Origin: Eledone cirrhosa
Lineage: Eukaryota
DNA length: 64,000 nucleotides
NCBI GenBank assembly: GCA_964016885.1
Contig: OZ024740.1
Location: 52,080,001-52,144,000 of the forward strand
Direction of reading: 5' to 3'
Shown here: one piece after another, positions 1-15,056 of the stretch
Position numbering within the stretch: the stretch's first letter is position 1
How the letters are laid out: each line of letters starts with the position of its first letter
Translations under genes and position numbers: made by a program
Notes under the pieces: generated by a model
Seen by the model: the letters and a program-made list of their open reading frames with translations, nothing else
Database searches by the model: none
Told to the model about the DNA's origin: nothing

Positions 1-149
1 ACTTCCGACAGGCGGTGCCGTGTTGCAACATGCATTTAAAGGTTCATGTTAGAACACGTTATGACACATTAGTAAGAGAACGTACAGGTTCATTGAGATC
101 AAAATCCCTGCATATGATTTTTAGCTATGTACTTTTCCCATTAACTTTT

Positions 150-480
150 TGAAGCTCCCTTATACAATATGTTGCTGAAAGAAAAATGCTGAATATTACG
201 TTGAAGGATGGAATTTTGGTGTAAAGTGATAAGAAGTAAAACAGGAGTTTTAGATATACTTCAAGAAATAGCTAAAACAATATGAAGGTGGACAGGGGAT
301 TTAGTTAGAGCAGAGAACAATTGATAGTCGAAAAGAACTACAGGGTGAGGTCCACAGACAAAGAGGTTCCAATTGAAGAGTAGATGGAAGAGGTACAAAA
401 CCAATTTGTACGAGAATAGCAAGGGACCGAAAGGAATGGGAGGGTCTCGAAGACAGTTATGTCTTGCAGGGATTTATATC
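150..480 (+). mobile_element. Decayed 3' end of an RTE-clade LINE
   Basis: Broken frame reads IRSKTGVLDILQEIAK...W...DR.EW..L...YVL, typical of the RTE ORF C-terminus; stops and frameshifts present. Confidence 0.4.
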
Positions 481-1066
481 ACAAAGAATTAGAAGAAATG
501 ATATAAAATAAAACTATATATCTATCTGCTGAATCTATATCTGTATACAGTACAGAAGTAGCTGATATTGTCAAAATCTGTATATAGAATTACATTTTGA
601 ATACATAGACATATTAACATGCCGAATATTTGTATTTCCCTGCAAATTGATCAACTACCTTTAATCGATTTTCGAATAATTTGGAGTTTTCATCAAAAGA
701 AATACGCAACTTAGGAGTTTATATACCCTATCACTTATAGTATACGTACTAATTTGCATATTATGCGCGCTCATATTGGTAGTAAACTTTCTTGGATATT
801 TATATCTGCATACATACAGTATAGACGCAACCCTGACTGCGTCAGTTTGTATATAAATTTATACATTGAGTGTATAGACACGTAAATATGCCAAATAAAT
901 CAATTTCCTTGTAAATTTAAAATATAATAAATATAGATATAAATTTATTGTATACTTCGACTGCTTAGCGCTCAACTTAACTCACACAGGCACACAAATC
1001 AGAGAGCAGGAACCTAATTTGGCAACTCATTATATCCATTGCCCTAACAACACTGACAATTCATCG

Positions 1067-1182
<116 letters not shown>

Positions 1183-1598
1183 CTATCATCGCCCAGTGTT
1201 GACAAATAATGTACCAGTCATACGTTAGGTTGATTTATCTCTCTCACTCTCTCTCTTTCTCTCAGAATCGGCTACCGTGCGGAACCACACACAGTGTACC
1301 ATTCCACCAAGAATTTGAGGAAGGTTTAAGTAGCGGTCAACTATCTTTTCTCGATTATAAAACCGTCCAACGAAATTAGAGAATATGGTGGGAGTAGATG
1401 ATCGTATGTGCTGTACAACACGGAACAATATACACTCATACAAATACATACGTGCACACACGTATATGATGGGACTGTCTGTCTTTCCGTTTTTTTCCAT
1501 TATCTTCGTCTTATGCGGCCCCTATTTTGAATTCATATTCTAAAGACTTAGTGTATGAGTGATTATTTACAGGGATAAATCTAGGGCTAGAACCCAGG

Positions 1599-1655
<57 letters not shown>

Positions 1656-2112
1656 GTGTATTGAGTTCAAAACTCAAGCATTCCTTTACAATGAAATAGC
1701 TCAAAGAAAAAAATATTTCTGAGCCGTGTAATACAAGTAAATATAAATTAATATATATGATGAAACACAAATACCAACATATCCGTGTTTATATTGTAAA
1801 AGAAATTAAGTTAGCTAGAATGAAATATACTAATTATAATATTACTGTTTGCCTATCTCGATTTAAAATAATAAATCAATAAAAACAAACAGTATTGGCA
1901 TGTGTGTTAAACAGTCTTTTAAAATATTTAGAAGTGAAGCATATCAATTTGTTCAGGGTGTTTACTGATGTGAGCTGGACAAGATATCCTTACACTTATT
2001 CATCTCGAAACATATTTGGATTTTAAAGTTTAAACTTATCTACGGAACAGGTTTGATTTTGAAATTTAAATTTGTCTAAACACCATGGTCATTATATTAA
2101 TTTATATTTACT

Positions 2113-2716
<604 letters not shown>

Positions 2717-2784
2717 TGGAAAGTAAAAAACAACAACGAAAGGTATTAGGTTCACGCTTATTGAGAGTGGTGAGGTGTGGGTGC

Positions 2785-2816
2785 GACGTTTCGGGCATAA
2801 GCCCTTCATCAGAAGA
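2785..2816 (-). ncRNA. Minimal hammerhead-like motif (stem I degenerate)
   Basis: Minus strand reads CTT-CTGATGA-A-GGGC-TTAT-GCCC-GAAAC-GTC. Core and stem II are intact, but the 3' stem I strand does not pair. Confidence 0.55.
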
Positions 2817-3640
2817 GTGGTGGGAAGGAGGAGGAGGAAGTGAAAAAAAAACACATGAGTTGGGCTCCACGTGTGTGTGTGTGTGTGTAATACCTACAAA
2901 GAAATATATATATAACTTATTAATGTAACAACATGGCTGACATAGGAGATGCATTGTGTGTATGCTTGCACCTCTGTGTGTGTGTGTGTGAATTTTAACG
3001 TTGCAGATATATATGCCGTTCATCCGCAGAAAGAAAAATGTTTCATCCTGAGGATGAACGACATATGTATTTTATCGAGGCTAATACTATGGGTTTGCAC
3101 AACTGCTATCGATTAGTCAATATATCGATAAAATCTGAGTTTATTTTGCCCTTTAAAACGATCGTAAACCAATGGATTAATTAATTATTATTTCAAGACT
3201 CAACGATATGTATTAAGATATCACTGTTCCACAATAAACAAATTTCGCTTTGTTTCGATGGGATCTTCATATCTACACGACAGTGCGTTCTATTAGGATT
3301 ATAACTCCTACCTTACTTAACTAGAATATTAATGTGTGTATCAACCTATTTGTATTTATCGTTGTTGTGGTATAAGTTTGGTCACTACCTTTGGTGTCAC
3401 ACTTTATTAACTTTTGTGTTTTCTCTGGATGATAATGTATTCACTTCTCGCTCCATTGAATGCTTTGTGATTGCCTCAAACAACAAAATATTAATACATA
3501 TAGACATTCATGTGATCAAATATATTTTATTATATATATTTCTGAGGTACTGAGCTGTTTCATCAGTACGTCCTCATCAGATAAAAAAAATTGATGTCTG
3601 ATATACCTCAACTGTGCTGATAGTTCAATTCCAGTCTTGG

Positions 3641-3712
<72 letters not shown>

Positions 3713-4265
3713 CAAAGTTCGGATCTAGCTGTCGAAACGGCTGGAGCTCAGCCGTCGGGGTGCCGACTCTTTTCCTATATATATTTATACACACACACAC
3801 ACATATATATATATATAAGTGTCAGTGTCTCCTCAGATTTTCATTAAACAGGAATGTTTTGTGTGTGCCTGTATGCGTAGCTATACCACTCCGCCTTCTC
3901 TTTTAGGCTTTAGTTATATTCTTCCGGTCATTAAGACTTTCATTTAGTGAAAGCTTTCGATCTATATTTGTTGTAGGCTTAACGTAAACTGGAAAATTAT
4001 TTCAATATTCCTTCCAGTATGATACAAGAATATAATGTCGTTTCTACAAACATGAAAGACGAAAACAAAAAAAAACAAAAAAACAAAAAAACAAAAAGAC
4101 CTTTCAAACTTCATCATCATGATTGAAATCTACATCTTCAAAAATGTATCTTTACAAAGGTTCCTTTTTTAAAGTTGCTTTTTTTAAGAACATATTTTCT
4201 TATCACTCTTTCTTTTAAGAAATTAGGCATCAATTAAAAGGTTTTGAAAAGACAAATCCAAGTAG

Positions 4266-4340
<75 letters not shown>

Positions 4341-4342
<2 letters not shown>

Positions 4343-4453
4343 CGAATGAATTGTGGTAAGGAACCAGATGGACCATAACGCACCAAAGTACTCAATATGT
4401 CCAGAAATAGCCGTCGAAACGGGTTCAGCTCTGCCGTCGGGGTCATACTTGTT

Positions 4454-4501
<48 letters not shown>

Positions 4502-4706
4502 ACGAAGGAAGTATGGTAAGGAACCAGATGGACCATAACGCAGCTGAGTACTCAATACTTAGGGTAGTAGAGTGGGTAATAGGAAAGGGTTTAACCCCGA
4601 CGGTAGAGCTCAAGCCGTTTCGACGGCTATTTCTGGAATAGCCGTCGAAACGGCTTGAGCTCTGTCATCGGGGTTAAACCCTTTCCTATTACCCACTCTA
4701 CTACCC
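4341..4706. mobile_element. Two copies of ~135-nt foldback family A in (TA)n. Other copies: 3711-3776, 8961-9143, 9700-9810, 11939-12089, 13803-13953, 14908-15009, 28322-28465, 31299-31360, 31441-31680, 32147-32332, 37882-38042, 47919-47983
   Basis: Shared sequence AACGAAGGAA.TGTGGTAAGGAACCAGATGGACCATAACGCACCAGAGTACTCAATACTTAGGGTAGTAGAGTGGGTAATAGGAA...CCCCGACGG.AGAGCTCAAGCCGTTTCGACGGCTATTTCTGGA. Most copies have a partial inverted arm and TA flanks. Confidence 0.9.
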
Positions 4707-4738
<32 letters not shown>

Positions 4739-4750
4739 GTGTGTGTGTAT

Positions 4751-5112
4751 TAAAAATGAAAGAATAAACCAGGTAGTTAAAAAATCAATTGTTTTACGAT
4801 CGTTTAAGAGGGAAAAATTATTGTTGTGCAGACCTATCCCCCCAAAATTATTTTTTAGGATAGAGAATGGAATGGATGTGCTTTTCTGAAGCTAATCGTA
4901 TGGAGTTGCATAACAGCTATCGATAGGTTTTCAGGTCGATAATTTTGCCCTCTGAAACGATCGTTAAAATGGATTAATTAACTACTGCACTGTGTCTTTT
5001 TTTCATTGTTCAACGTTGTGTATATGACTCTGTAGTTCGATGGGATATTCACTTCAACACTACATCGGGTTCTAAAATGGTATTAAATCCCACCTTGATT
5101 AGGTAGAACATT
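4751..5112 (+). mobile_element. Foldback PLE-end-like family F (related copies about 3070-3330 and 35400-35480)
   Basis: TTTTACGATCGTTT at ~4792 is inverted relative to GAAACGATCGTTAAAA at ~4954; microsatellite flanks; tail similar to 3255-3330. Confidence 0.55.
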
Positions 5113-5148
5113 AATGAGTATATATAAATAAATAAATAAATAAATAAA

Positions 5149-5252
<104 letters not shown>

Positions 5253-5689
5253 CCTTATCGAGCCCTCTTCGGATTTTACTCTTCACATTTATTATTACTA
5301 TATATATATATATACATATATAAAGTTAAGAAAGAGTGACATCAAGAAATCGACCAAATGCATATGGCCATACTTCTACCACAACAATGATAGATCCAGA
5401 CACGTCGAAGACTAACTGTTGTCGTATAAGTATGGCCACATGCACGTGATCGCTTTTCTTGGTGTCATACTTTCTTAACTTTGTGTTTATCGTGGACGAA
5501 AATGTATTATCTTTTCGCACTACTGACTGCCCTGTGATTGCCCCAAACAATTCGATTGATATCTGCTATTATTATTTGGTGGATTAATATATATATATTA
5601 TATTATTATTATTATTAGTAGTAGTAATTATTATTATTGTAGTAGTAATGGCAGAATTCTGTCATTACATCCGACGAGCTTTTGATTCC

Positions 5690-5902
5690 AGAATCGGGCC
5701 AGATCGATACAGATCAAACCATGAGCTGATCAGTAGCGAAACGCCCGTCACCAACTAATAAACATAATCAAGGAGTAACCATTCGTCGTTGTATTATTAT
5801 ATTACACTCTGTCGAGCTCTACACCTCGACACTGACGTGGATCTAAACATGGAGTGCTCCCCCAGGTGAACCTACAGTAGCTTCACGTTACACCTCCTGG
5901 AT
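5690..5902 (+). mobile_element. Short TA-terminated family (second, foldback copy at 58570-58822)
   Basis: Near-identical CGTCACCAACTAATAAAC.TAATCAAGGAGTAACCATTCGTCGTTG...CCTGGA-(TA)n at both loci; HHR-like CTGATCA...GAAAC...GTC relic. Confidence 0.75.
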
Positions 5903-6003
5903 ACATATATATATATATATAGGCAAAAGACAAACAGAAATAACAAAGCAAACGGCTCAGTACAATGAAGAAATATATTATTATGATATAGTACGCAACA
6001 TAC

Positions 6004-6680
6004 AACAAACGAGCAACGGTGGTTGCTAGACTACGGCTTAATACGGGATGTTTGTTTACAAACACACCGAGCATTATAATAAATGTTCGGTGAATCCATA
6101 CGTACATATATATATGTGTGCGTGTATGTATATATATATACACATACTACTGTACGTCTGTATACATATATGTATGTACGTATACATACTTATATTTAAG
6201 TAACAGCCGTACTAAGAGTGGGAAATGAAATTTCGTTTCATTTTTTCCGTTTATCGTTTTCAGTGCACCCGGCCGATTAACCCACTCGATATGCGAATTG
6301 GGCTACTCAGCCGTTAATATGCATAAGGTAAGTATATACGTTCAACAATCTGGCAGGAAGGTATACGTTGCTGATGATAGCTAATAAGCTTGAAACTAGT
6401 ACAGCGTTCCTTTGTCAGTGTTGAACAAACGAGCAACGATGGTTGCTGGACACTACGGCTTAATACGGAATATTTGTTTACAAACACACCGAGCATTGTA
6501 ATAAATGTTCGGTGAATCCATACATACATATATATATGTGTGCGTGTATGTATATATATGTATGTATACATACTACTGTACGTCTGTATACATATATGTA
6601 TGTACGTGTACATTACTTATATTTAAGTAACAGCCATACTAAGAGTGGGAAATGAAATTTCGTTTCATTTTTTCCGTTTA
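6004..6680 (+). mobile_element. About 1.6 units of the ~425-bp hammerhead-bearing tandem repeat (retrozyme-like)
   Basis: Homologous to the 51.0-53.6 kb array; GTTTACAAACA motif recurs at about 6054 and 6476. Confidence 0.9.
6366..6406 (+). ncRNA. Minimal type I hammerhead ribozyme
   Basis: CGTTG-CTGATGA-TAGC-TAATAA-GCTT-GAAAC-TA-GTA/CAGCG. Stem I CGTTG:CAGCG, palindromic stem III ACTAGT, GUA triplet. Confidence 0.88.
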
Positions 6681-7044
6681 TACATATATATAGTTTAAGT
6701 TAAAAAAAGACAAGCACAGTGTATAAGAATTTACTCACACACATACACGCACATACATACACGCACACATTTAAGTTTATTTTAATGGCGCCAATTTCAA
6801 TTTTTGAAGTAACTGTCGCCCATATTGGCTCTGATTCAGCAGATCTATGTTCAAAGTGTTTCTGCCATGACAATTCCATATTATGTTTAGATATTCGATC
6901 CAAGACTACATCACACTTTATGCTCTTCTATTCATAAATATATTGGCAGATATTTGGTTACTGCTCCTAGTAGTTTGAGCAAAGACACAAAAGTTTCGTT
7001 GTGGATGCATGTTACCATTTTTGTGGAAATTAAGATGGACACAC

Positions 7045-7190
7045 TGGAAGGGGAAGACCTAGGTTAACATATGTTGATTCCCTAAGGACAGACACTGGTC
7101 TCTTGGAGACGCAGGACATGGCAGCGGTAATGAGGGACAGAGACCGCTGGAGAGAACCCGTCCATGGATCTCGGGAATTTTACCCGCCCG
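7045..7190 (+). mobile_element. RTE-type LINE 3' fragment
   Basis: Translates GRPRLTYVDSLRTDTGLLETQDMAAVMRDRDRWRE. Confidence 0.55.
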
Positions 7191-7632
7191 AGATAGATAG
7201 ACAGGAGAGAAAAATATATGGAAACAGAAGAAATAGGTGTTTATCTTTGTCAAGGAAACTGGTGTAGTGCTTGAAACACTGGGTGTCGCTGGAGTTATTT
7301 CACCTACTTAAGGTAAAGGTAGACAAGGCAGAATCTAGTGCAACACATTATACACTGAAATACATTCATTCTGGAGCTCTGTCGATTCCGAACGCTTCAA
7401 TAGAAGCGATATTGAACTGATAAATAGGAAAATCTATTTTCATACACAGGCACACATACACTCACACACTCACACACATACATTATTCGTGGTTTTGATA
7501 CATAAAACACATGGTTTAGTATTCAGTACTCAAACGGAGCTCAATGTGTGTGAATGAATGGAATTACAAACACAACAGCTGAATATAGTCAGGGTTTCCT
7601 CAACAGTTCTGTGGCTCTGGTACTGAACTGGA

Positions 7633-7681
<49 letters not shown>

Positions 7682-7682
<1 letters not shown>

Positions 7683-8254
7683 TAGCCGAATTACCCGCGC
7701 CTTGCTGCGTTTCACACATTTTTTTGTAAGAAAATGATGATTGATTTTAAATCAGTGATATAATTTATGGAGAAAAACTGCATTTCAATATTACTCAATG
7801 TAAAATGTAATGCATGAAAAATTGGAAAACATTATTTTTTGAAATATATCAAATGAAAATTACATTATTAAATCTTATTCTTATTTTGTTTCTTTTAAAT
7901 AATTTTTTTCAAAATATCAATTCAAAACTTGATCATTTCATTTTTGTGTAAAGCATTATTTTATTTGGGCTTCCAAAATTTAACCCCCATTAGGGTGTCT
8001 TAATATTATTGAAATTTGCTGAAATTTTGTGAATAGGCATCATATTTTGTCATTTACCGAAGGGATAAAAGTTTCAGCGGGGGTTTGTGCCCACGGGGAA
8101 CCCTTTCATTAAAATGAAATATACTTATCCAGGTAGCCTGAGCAATGTAGTTTCAGAATATATATGGTTATGGGGGTCTATCTCCAAAACCATAGAAGGA
8201 GTTTGTGAACAAACAAACAAACAGATAGGAACTACAACTTTATATATATATAGA
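7682..8254 (-). mobile_element. Non-autonomous Helitron
   Basis: Minus strand starts A|TCTATATATATATAAAG with (GTTT)n near the 5' end and ends with a GC-rich subterminal segment GCAGCAAGGCGCGGG then CTAG|T. Confidence 0.72.
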
Positions 8255-8281
8255 TACTCTCTCTCTCCCTCACTCTCTCTC

Positions 8282-8313
<32 letters not shown>

Positions 8314-8327
8314 CCCCCCCCCCCCCC

Positions 8328-8383
<56 letters not shown>

Positions 8384-8509
8384 TGTATATATATATATAA
8401 ATAGTTTTCCAAGAGATGGCAACATGAATGGACCTGTTTTTTTTCTCTAAAAATGTTTTTTCCGATTCCGCCCCACCCGTCCCTTCAATCTTTCTAATTT
8501 TTCATTCTT

Positions 8510-8545
8510 TCTTCTGATGAAGGACTTGCGTCTGAAACGTTAAGA
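8510..8545 (+). ncRNA. Minimal type I hammerhead ribozyme (degenerate relative at 33927-33955 with GAAA>GATA)
   Basis: TCTT-CTGATGA-A-GGAC-TTGC-GTCT-GAAAC-GTT/AAGA; stem I TCTT:AAGA. Confidence 0.72.
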
Positions 8546-8630
8546 CCCTCCTCCTGCTATTTCAAGCGTTAACCTAATATATTCCTTCCATATACTGTAC
8601 CGATTGTGTTGTTATTTCTGTTTAGCTTTT

Positions 8631-8671
<41 letters not shown>

Positions 8672-8783
8672 AATATAAATTAGCGAGAATCGTATTTCGG
8701 CTATTGGAAATTAGCGAAAAACAACTTCCGAGATGTGTGGCAAGCGCTCCATAGAAGCTAGTGAACTAGAGCTACAACATAAG

Positions 8784-8828
<45 letters not shown>

Positions 8829-8917
8829 ATAATAATAAAATTGAAGACTAAAATCCAAAGAGGGCTCGATAAGGAAAATATATATCAAATATATAAAAAC
8901 CGTAGAGCAAATATTTA

Positions 8918-8962
<45 letters not shown>

Positions 8963-9381
8963 CAAAGGAATTGTGGTAAGGACCCAAATGGACCATAACG
9001 CACCAGAGTACTCAATACTTAGGGTAGTAGAGTGGGAAATAGGAAAAAGTATCACCCCGACGGCAGAGCTCAAGCCGTTTCGACGGCTATTTCTGGACAC
9101 GTCGAAACGGCTTGAGCTCTGCCGTCGGGGTCATACGTTTTCCTATATATATAAATATATATATAGATATATTCTCTATTTCAGTACCAGAGCCACAGAA
9201 CTTTGTCGAGGAAATCCTGACTATATCTAGCCGGTAGCATCAAACCTCCTCCACTACATCCTGCTATACGTATATATATATATGTTATACTTTGGGAGGG
9301 TAAAATATATGCACACACACATATATACATATAAGTGTGTGTGTGTGTGTATATGTGTGCGTATGTATGTGTGTGTATAAA

Positions 9382-9668
9382 AGTAAAGAACCCTTTCGGT
9401 CACGAGTGATCATGGGATTTGAAACTAGAAAGTTCCCCTCCGAGGCAGAAGTCCGGGTAAGGTTATTTGTGGAGGACCAGCTGTCGCCCACGTATACCAG
9501 TCCTCGCTCTCCATGCCACCGATGTTGTCCAAGGGGAAGGCAATGACCGATACAGCTTGGCACCTGTGACGCCGCAACTAATTTATACAGCTGAATGAAC
9601 TGGAGCAACGTGGAAATAAAGTGTCTTACTCAAGAACACAATGCAAAACCCAGTCCCGGAATCGAACT
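9382..9668 (-). mobile_element. tRNA-derived SINE (second family, 5'-truncated)
   Basis: Minus strand has a B-box GTTCGATTCC then TGTTCTTGAGTAAGACACTTTATTTCCACGTTGCTCCAGTTCATTCAGCTG, shared with copies at 33352 and 54766. Confidence 0.75.
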
Positions 9669-9807
9669 CTCACACATACACACACACACACACACAGACA
9701 TCAGGGTCCTGACTCTTTTCCTATTACCCACTCTACTACCCAAAGTAACGAGTACTCTGGTGCGTTATGGTCCACCTAGTTCCTTACTTCCTTACCACAC
9801 TTCTTTC

Positions 9808-9850
<43 letters not shown>

Positions 9851-9859
<9 letters not shown>

Positions 9860-10167
9860 TATATAAATAAACAGACTAAATAAAGATGGCGTAGGCATGC
9901 CATACAACGGGAGGAAACATAATAGCACCACTGACGATGTTGCAGATGTGCAACGAAAGAACTTTGTTAGACTATATATATGTGTTTGTGTCTATATTGT
10001 ATCTGTATTTTTGACCGTTGGTCAGTCAATGGTAACATTGAGGACCGAATAAATTAAATTAACCGATATAAAAGACACAGAAGCGAAAACCAACCAAACA
10101 GTGAGTGTGTTCTGTTATTAATTCTGGCAATATTATTACACAAATATGACCCTCCCCAAGTATAACA
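9851..10167 (+). mobile_element. PLE 3' UTR fragment (family E) with HHR-like motif at 9931
   Basis: Near-identical to 49020-49317; CTGACGA-T-GTTGCA-GATG-TGCAAC-GAAAGAACTT; ends in (TA)n. Confidence 0.8.
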
Positions 10168-10182
10168 ATATATATATATATA

Positions 10183-10263
<81 letters not shown>

Positions 10264-10458
10264 GCTATAGTACAAATTTGGTATAAATATCGAAGGATTA
10301 GATTAGAACACTCAGTCCATAGGACGAGTGAATTATAATTAGTTATAACAGTGACATGTACAAGTACTTATGTTTCGGTTATTCATCCCAACTCATTCAG
10401 GTTCCCGTTTTAGGGTGAAAGCAGAAATTATTTGCTTAAACTTTCAATCTGTGTTAGT

Positions 10459-10501
<43 letters not shown>

Positions 10502-10521
10502 CCACTCACACACACACACAC

Positions 10522-10575
<54 letters not shown>

Positions 10576-10672
10576 TCAAACATATGTGTGTGTGTGTATC
10601 CCAGAAGGATGATAAAGCAAACTTGATCGACACTAAGATTTGAATTTAGAATACAATATTACTGAAACTAAA

Positions 10673-11150
10673 TATTGTTTCTACTTTTGGCACAAGGCCA
10701 GCAATTACCCAGTACATTACTGGTACTTTATTTTATCGACCTCGTAAGGATGAAAGACAAAGTTAACCTCGACGGGATTTGAACTCAGACCGTAATAGGA
10801 CGTAACCATGCTAGAAAGCATGACGTCCAGCCCTCTACTGATACTGCCAAATCGCCAAATATTGCAACACATTTTATTGCCGGACACTGACGCTCTACCG
10901 ATTCTGCTAATTTTCTATATTCTTCTAATCAATATTTCCACTTACTCGGGTGGGGGCTTGGCAAAGTCGATAGAGCGTCGCACTAAATGCCCACCGGTAT
11001 TTGTACCGGAACTTTGCGTTCTGAGTCGATGTCACCTTTGTTTGTCATCCTTCCGGGTCGGGGAAATAAAGTACCAGTCAAATGGTGAAGTCGATAAAAT
11101 CGACTTTCCACTTCCCCCAAATTACTGGTATTGCTCCTAGATTAGAAGCC
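10673..11150. mobile_element. tRNA-head SINE family 1 copies (10673-10860 minus; 10945-11150 plus, diverged)
   Basis: GAGTTCAAATCCCG B-box, central CTTTCATCCTT.CG.GGTCGATAAAATAAAGTACCAG (Meta-domain-like), tail GCTGGCCTTGTGCCAAAAGTAGAAAC. Confidence 0.85.
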
Positions 11151-11866
11151 ACAGTTTCCACTTACAGCATAGTACGAAACACCAGATTATGTGTTTTAGC
11201 ATATTCATGATGGTTCTTTTTAAGTCAATTGTTTCCTACAAGAGACCAGCCAACTGGGAAGGGGTAAATTATTTGCCTAGTCAGTTACTTACCATGTGAG
11301 GCCTGTCATTTAGGGAAGGGATATACTAATGGGTCGGTCGTAACTCCTAGGAGGTGACAGACAGCGGGATTTGAACTCAGAGCGCAGATAGCGAAAACAG
11401 TGACTGCAAACTATCCCGTACCGCTTTTTAACAATTCCACTAGTCAACTTATAGACTAGTATCTTATTTCATCGACTCCAAAAGGATGAAAGTCTAAGTT
11501 GACTACGACGGGATTTGAACTCAAACCGCCAAAGGCCACAATAAATATCAAGACATTTAATTCTGCGCTCTAACGACTTACTCATTTTATATATAAACCC
11601 TGAAGATATCTTTATTTACATACTCCTAGAATGTGTGTAAATCTATATCCAGCTGTAGAAATCATGAGAAAAAGGGCAGAGAGGACTCTAGTTGTGTTAA
11701 AGGTACTAATACCACGATAAAATGCATTCAGTACAATCTGTAGAGTGCGAAAATATATGTAAGAGAGTTGCGATCCGGCCTATCTGAGAGGTCAGTAGCT
11801 CAAATTAAGTACTGACATGGTCTGTGACAACCCGTTCAACCCTTGCTAGTGGGGAACACGGACATT

Positions 11867-11940
<74 letters not shown>

Positions 11941-12088
11941 CGAAGGAAATGTGGTAAGGAACCAGGTGGACCATAACGCACCAAAGTACTCAATACTTAG
12001 GGTAGTAGAGTGGGTAATAGGAACGAGTAGGACCCCGATGGCTGAGCTCAAGCCGTTTCGACGGCTAATTCTGGACTAAAAGTCCAGA

Positions 12089-12120
<32 letters not shown>

Positions 12121-12662
12121 ATGCATGTATGTATGTTATGCGCGAGGGCATGGAAGTACTCAGTTTGGCGCCCGAGCGCGCGATTAGACCATCAGATGTG
12201 AGAGACCCCTAGTTTTGGTTAGGACATCATTCTAGAAGAAGGGAAACTGATGTAAAATCTACGACTCAATGGCAGCCAATGATGTTGAACTGATCTTCCT
12301 TTTGGATAACTGTCATAGTTGTTCAGAGAGTGGGATTGATCTCGTGCAAAGCTTTTCTTGCCATAAAAAAAAGCTTCAAGCACAGGCATCACTTGATTTA
12401 AACATATTTCAGGTGTGTTGCTTGAGCATGGCTGCTGTTGTCGAAAAAGGGTCTTTTTCTTCCTTCGTTGTATATGAAAACAGGAATTTAAGTTCTTGAC
12501 GGGGTTAAAAAGTCACGTCGGGACACTATGTATGAGAAAATGACCAAGTGATGGCAATTCTTGAAATAAAGATACAGCCAACATGTATGTATGTATGTAT
12601 GTATGTATGTATGTATGTATGTATGTATGTATGTATGTATGTATGTATGTATGTATGTATGT

Positions 12663-13290
12663 ATCTTCTGGTTTCAAAGAGAGTCGGTTTCTAACATAGA
12701 CACGATACTTTCATTGAAATTTAGAGAAAATCAACTAGGTAAATATGTATGTCTGCATGCTTTAATGTATGTGTGGATGTGTATGTTTTGAGTTACATGT
12801 GTGCATGTGTATATGCTTTGTATCTATACAAGTGTATATGCAGTTATTAGATGCAGAATTTTGGGAATGCTTTACATATTTTTACTGTTCCATTAATGGA
12901 TTGTACTTGTAATTTCCTAACTAGTTGTGTTCTTTCTGTTCCTGTGAAGCCCAGATTCTCAAGATTTGTATTGAGGCAGTTACTAACATATCCCAGTGCC
13001 CCAATAATCATAGGTATAAATCTGAAGGTATAATCAGGGTGGAGTATCTGCAGATTCCTCATTAGTTCTGCATAGATATTCTCCCTTTCGCTCATCTTTA
13101 ATATTATATTGGCATCTGCTGGACAGCTAACTTCCACTACTGTGCATGCCTTCTTTTCCCTGTCCCATATCATAATATCTAGTCTGTTATGCCTGCATTT
13201 TATTGGGGTTTTTACTGGAATATTCCACCAGTACTCTTTCATATTATGTATGTATATTTCTCCCACATTGCTGTAACTTTTAATGTTTAT
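12663..13290 (-). mobile_element. RLE-type non-LTR retrotransposon 3' end (R4/Dong-like)
   Basis: ORF 12847-13266 has WWN.P..T..K..HNRLDIMIWD...CTVVEVSCPAD...E.E..Y..L and IIGALG (PD-(D/E)xK endonuclease); bounded by (TATG)n. Confidence 0.85.
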
Positions 13291-13410
13291 CTGTTTTTAT
13301 GGATTGCGTATGTATGTATGTGTTATATATATTGGCGTGTGTATGTGCAATATCTATATGTGTGTATAAGTCATTTGCTTTGTTATTTCTGTTAACTTTT
13401 TGTATGTATA

Positions 13411-13512
<102 letters not shown>

Positions 13513-13609
13513 TATAGTACATAAATATATATATATAAATATATAGTACATAAATATATATATATATATATACTACATAAATATATATATGTATATGTAT
13601 ATGTATATG

Positions 13610-13652
<43 letters not shown>

Positions 13653-13731
13653 GAGCTTCTACAGGACTAGAACTGACTGTTTCATTCGTGAGAAATCATC
13701 AGGAAATATAGAACATAAATATATATATCTA

Positions 13732-13805
<74 letters not shown>

Positions 13806-13952
13806 AACAAGTAAGACCCCGACGGCTGAGCTCAAGCCGTTTCGACGGCTAATTCTGGGGTCTTACTTGTTCCTATTACCCACTCTACTACCCTAAGTAT
13901 TGAGTACTTTGGTGCGTTATGGTCCACCTGGTTCCTTACCACATTTCCTCCG

Positions 13953-14846
<894 letters not shown>

Positions 14847-14866
14847 TATATATATATGTATATATG

Positions 14867-14908
<42 letters not shown>

Positions 14909-15006
14909 ACAAAGGAATTGTGGTAAGGAACCAGATGGGCCATAACGCACCAGAGTACTCAATACTTAGGGTAGTAGAGTGGGAAATAGGAAAAAGTATA
15001 CTTTTT

Positions 15007-15056
<50 letters not shown>

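Noticed and set aside
3552-3595. Minus-strand CTGATGAGGAC...GAAACAGCTC hammerhead
   Set aside because: Stem II and stem I do not form; probably a rearranged relic.
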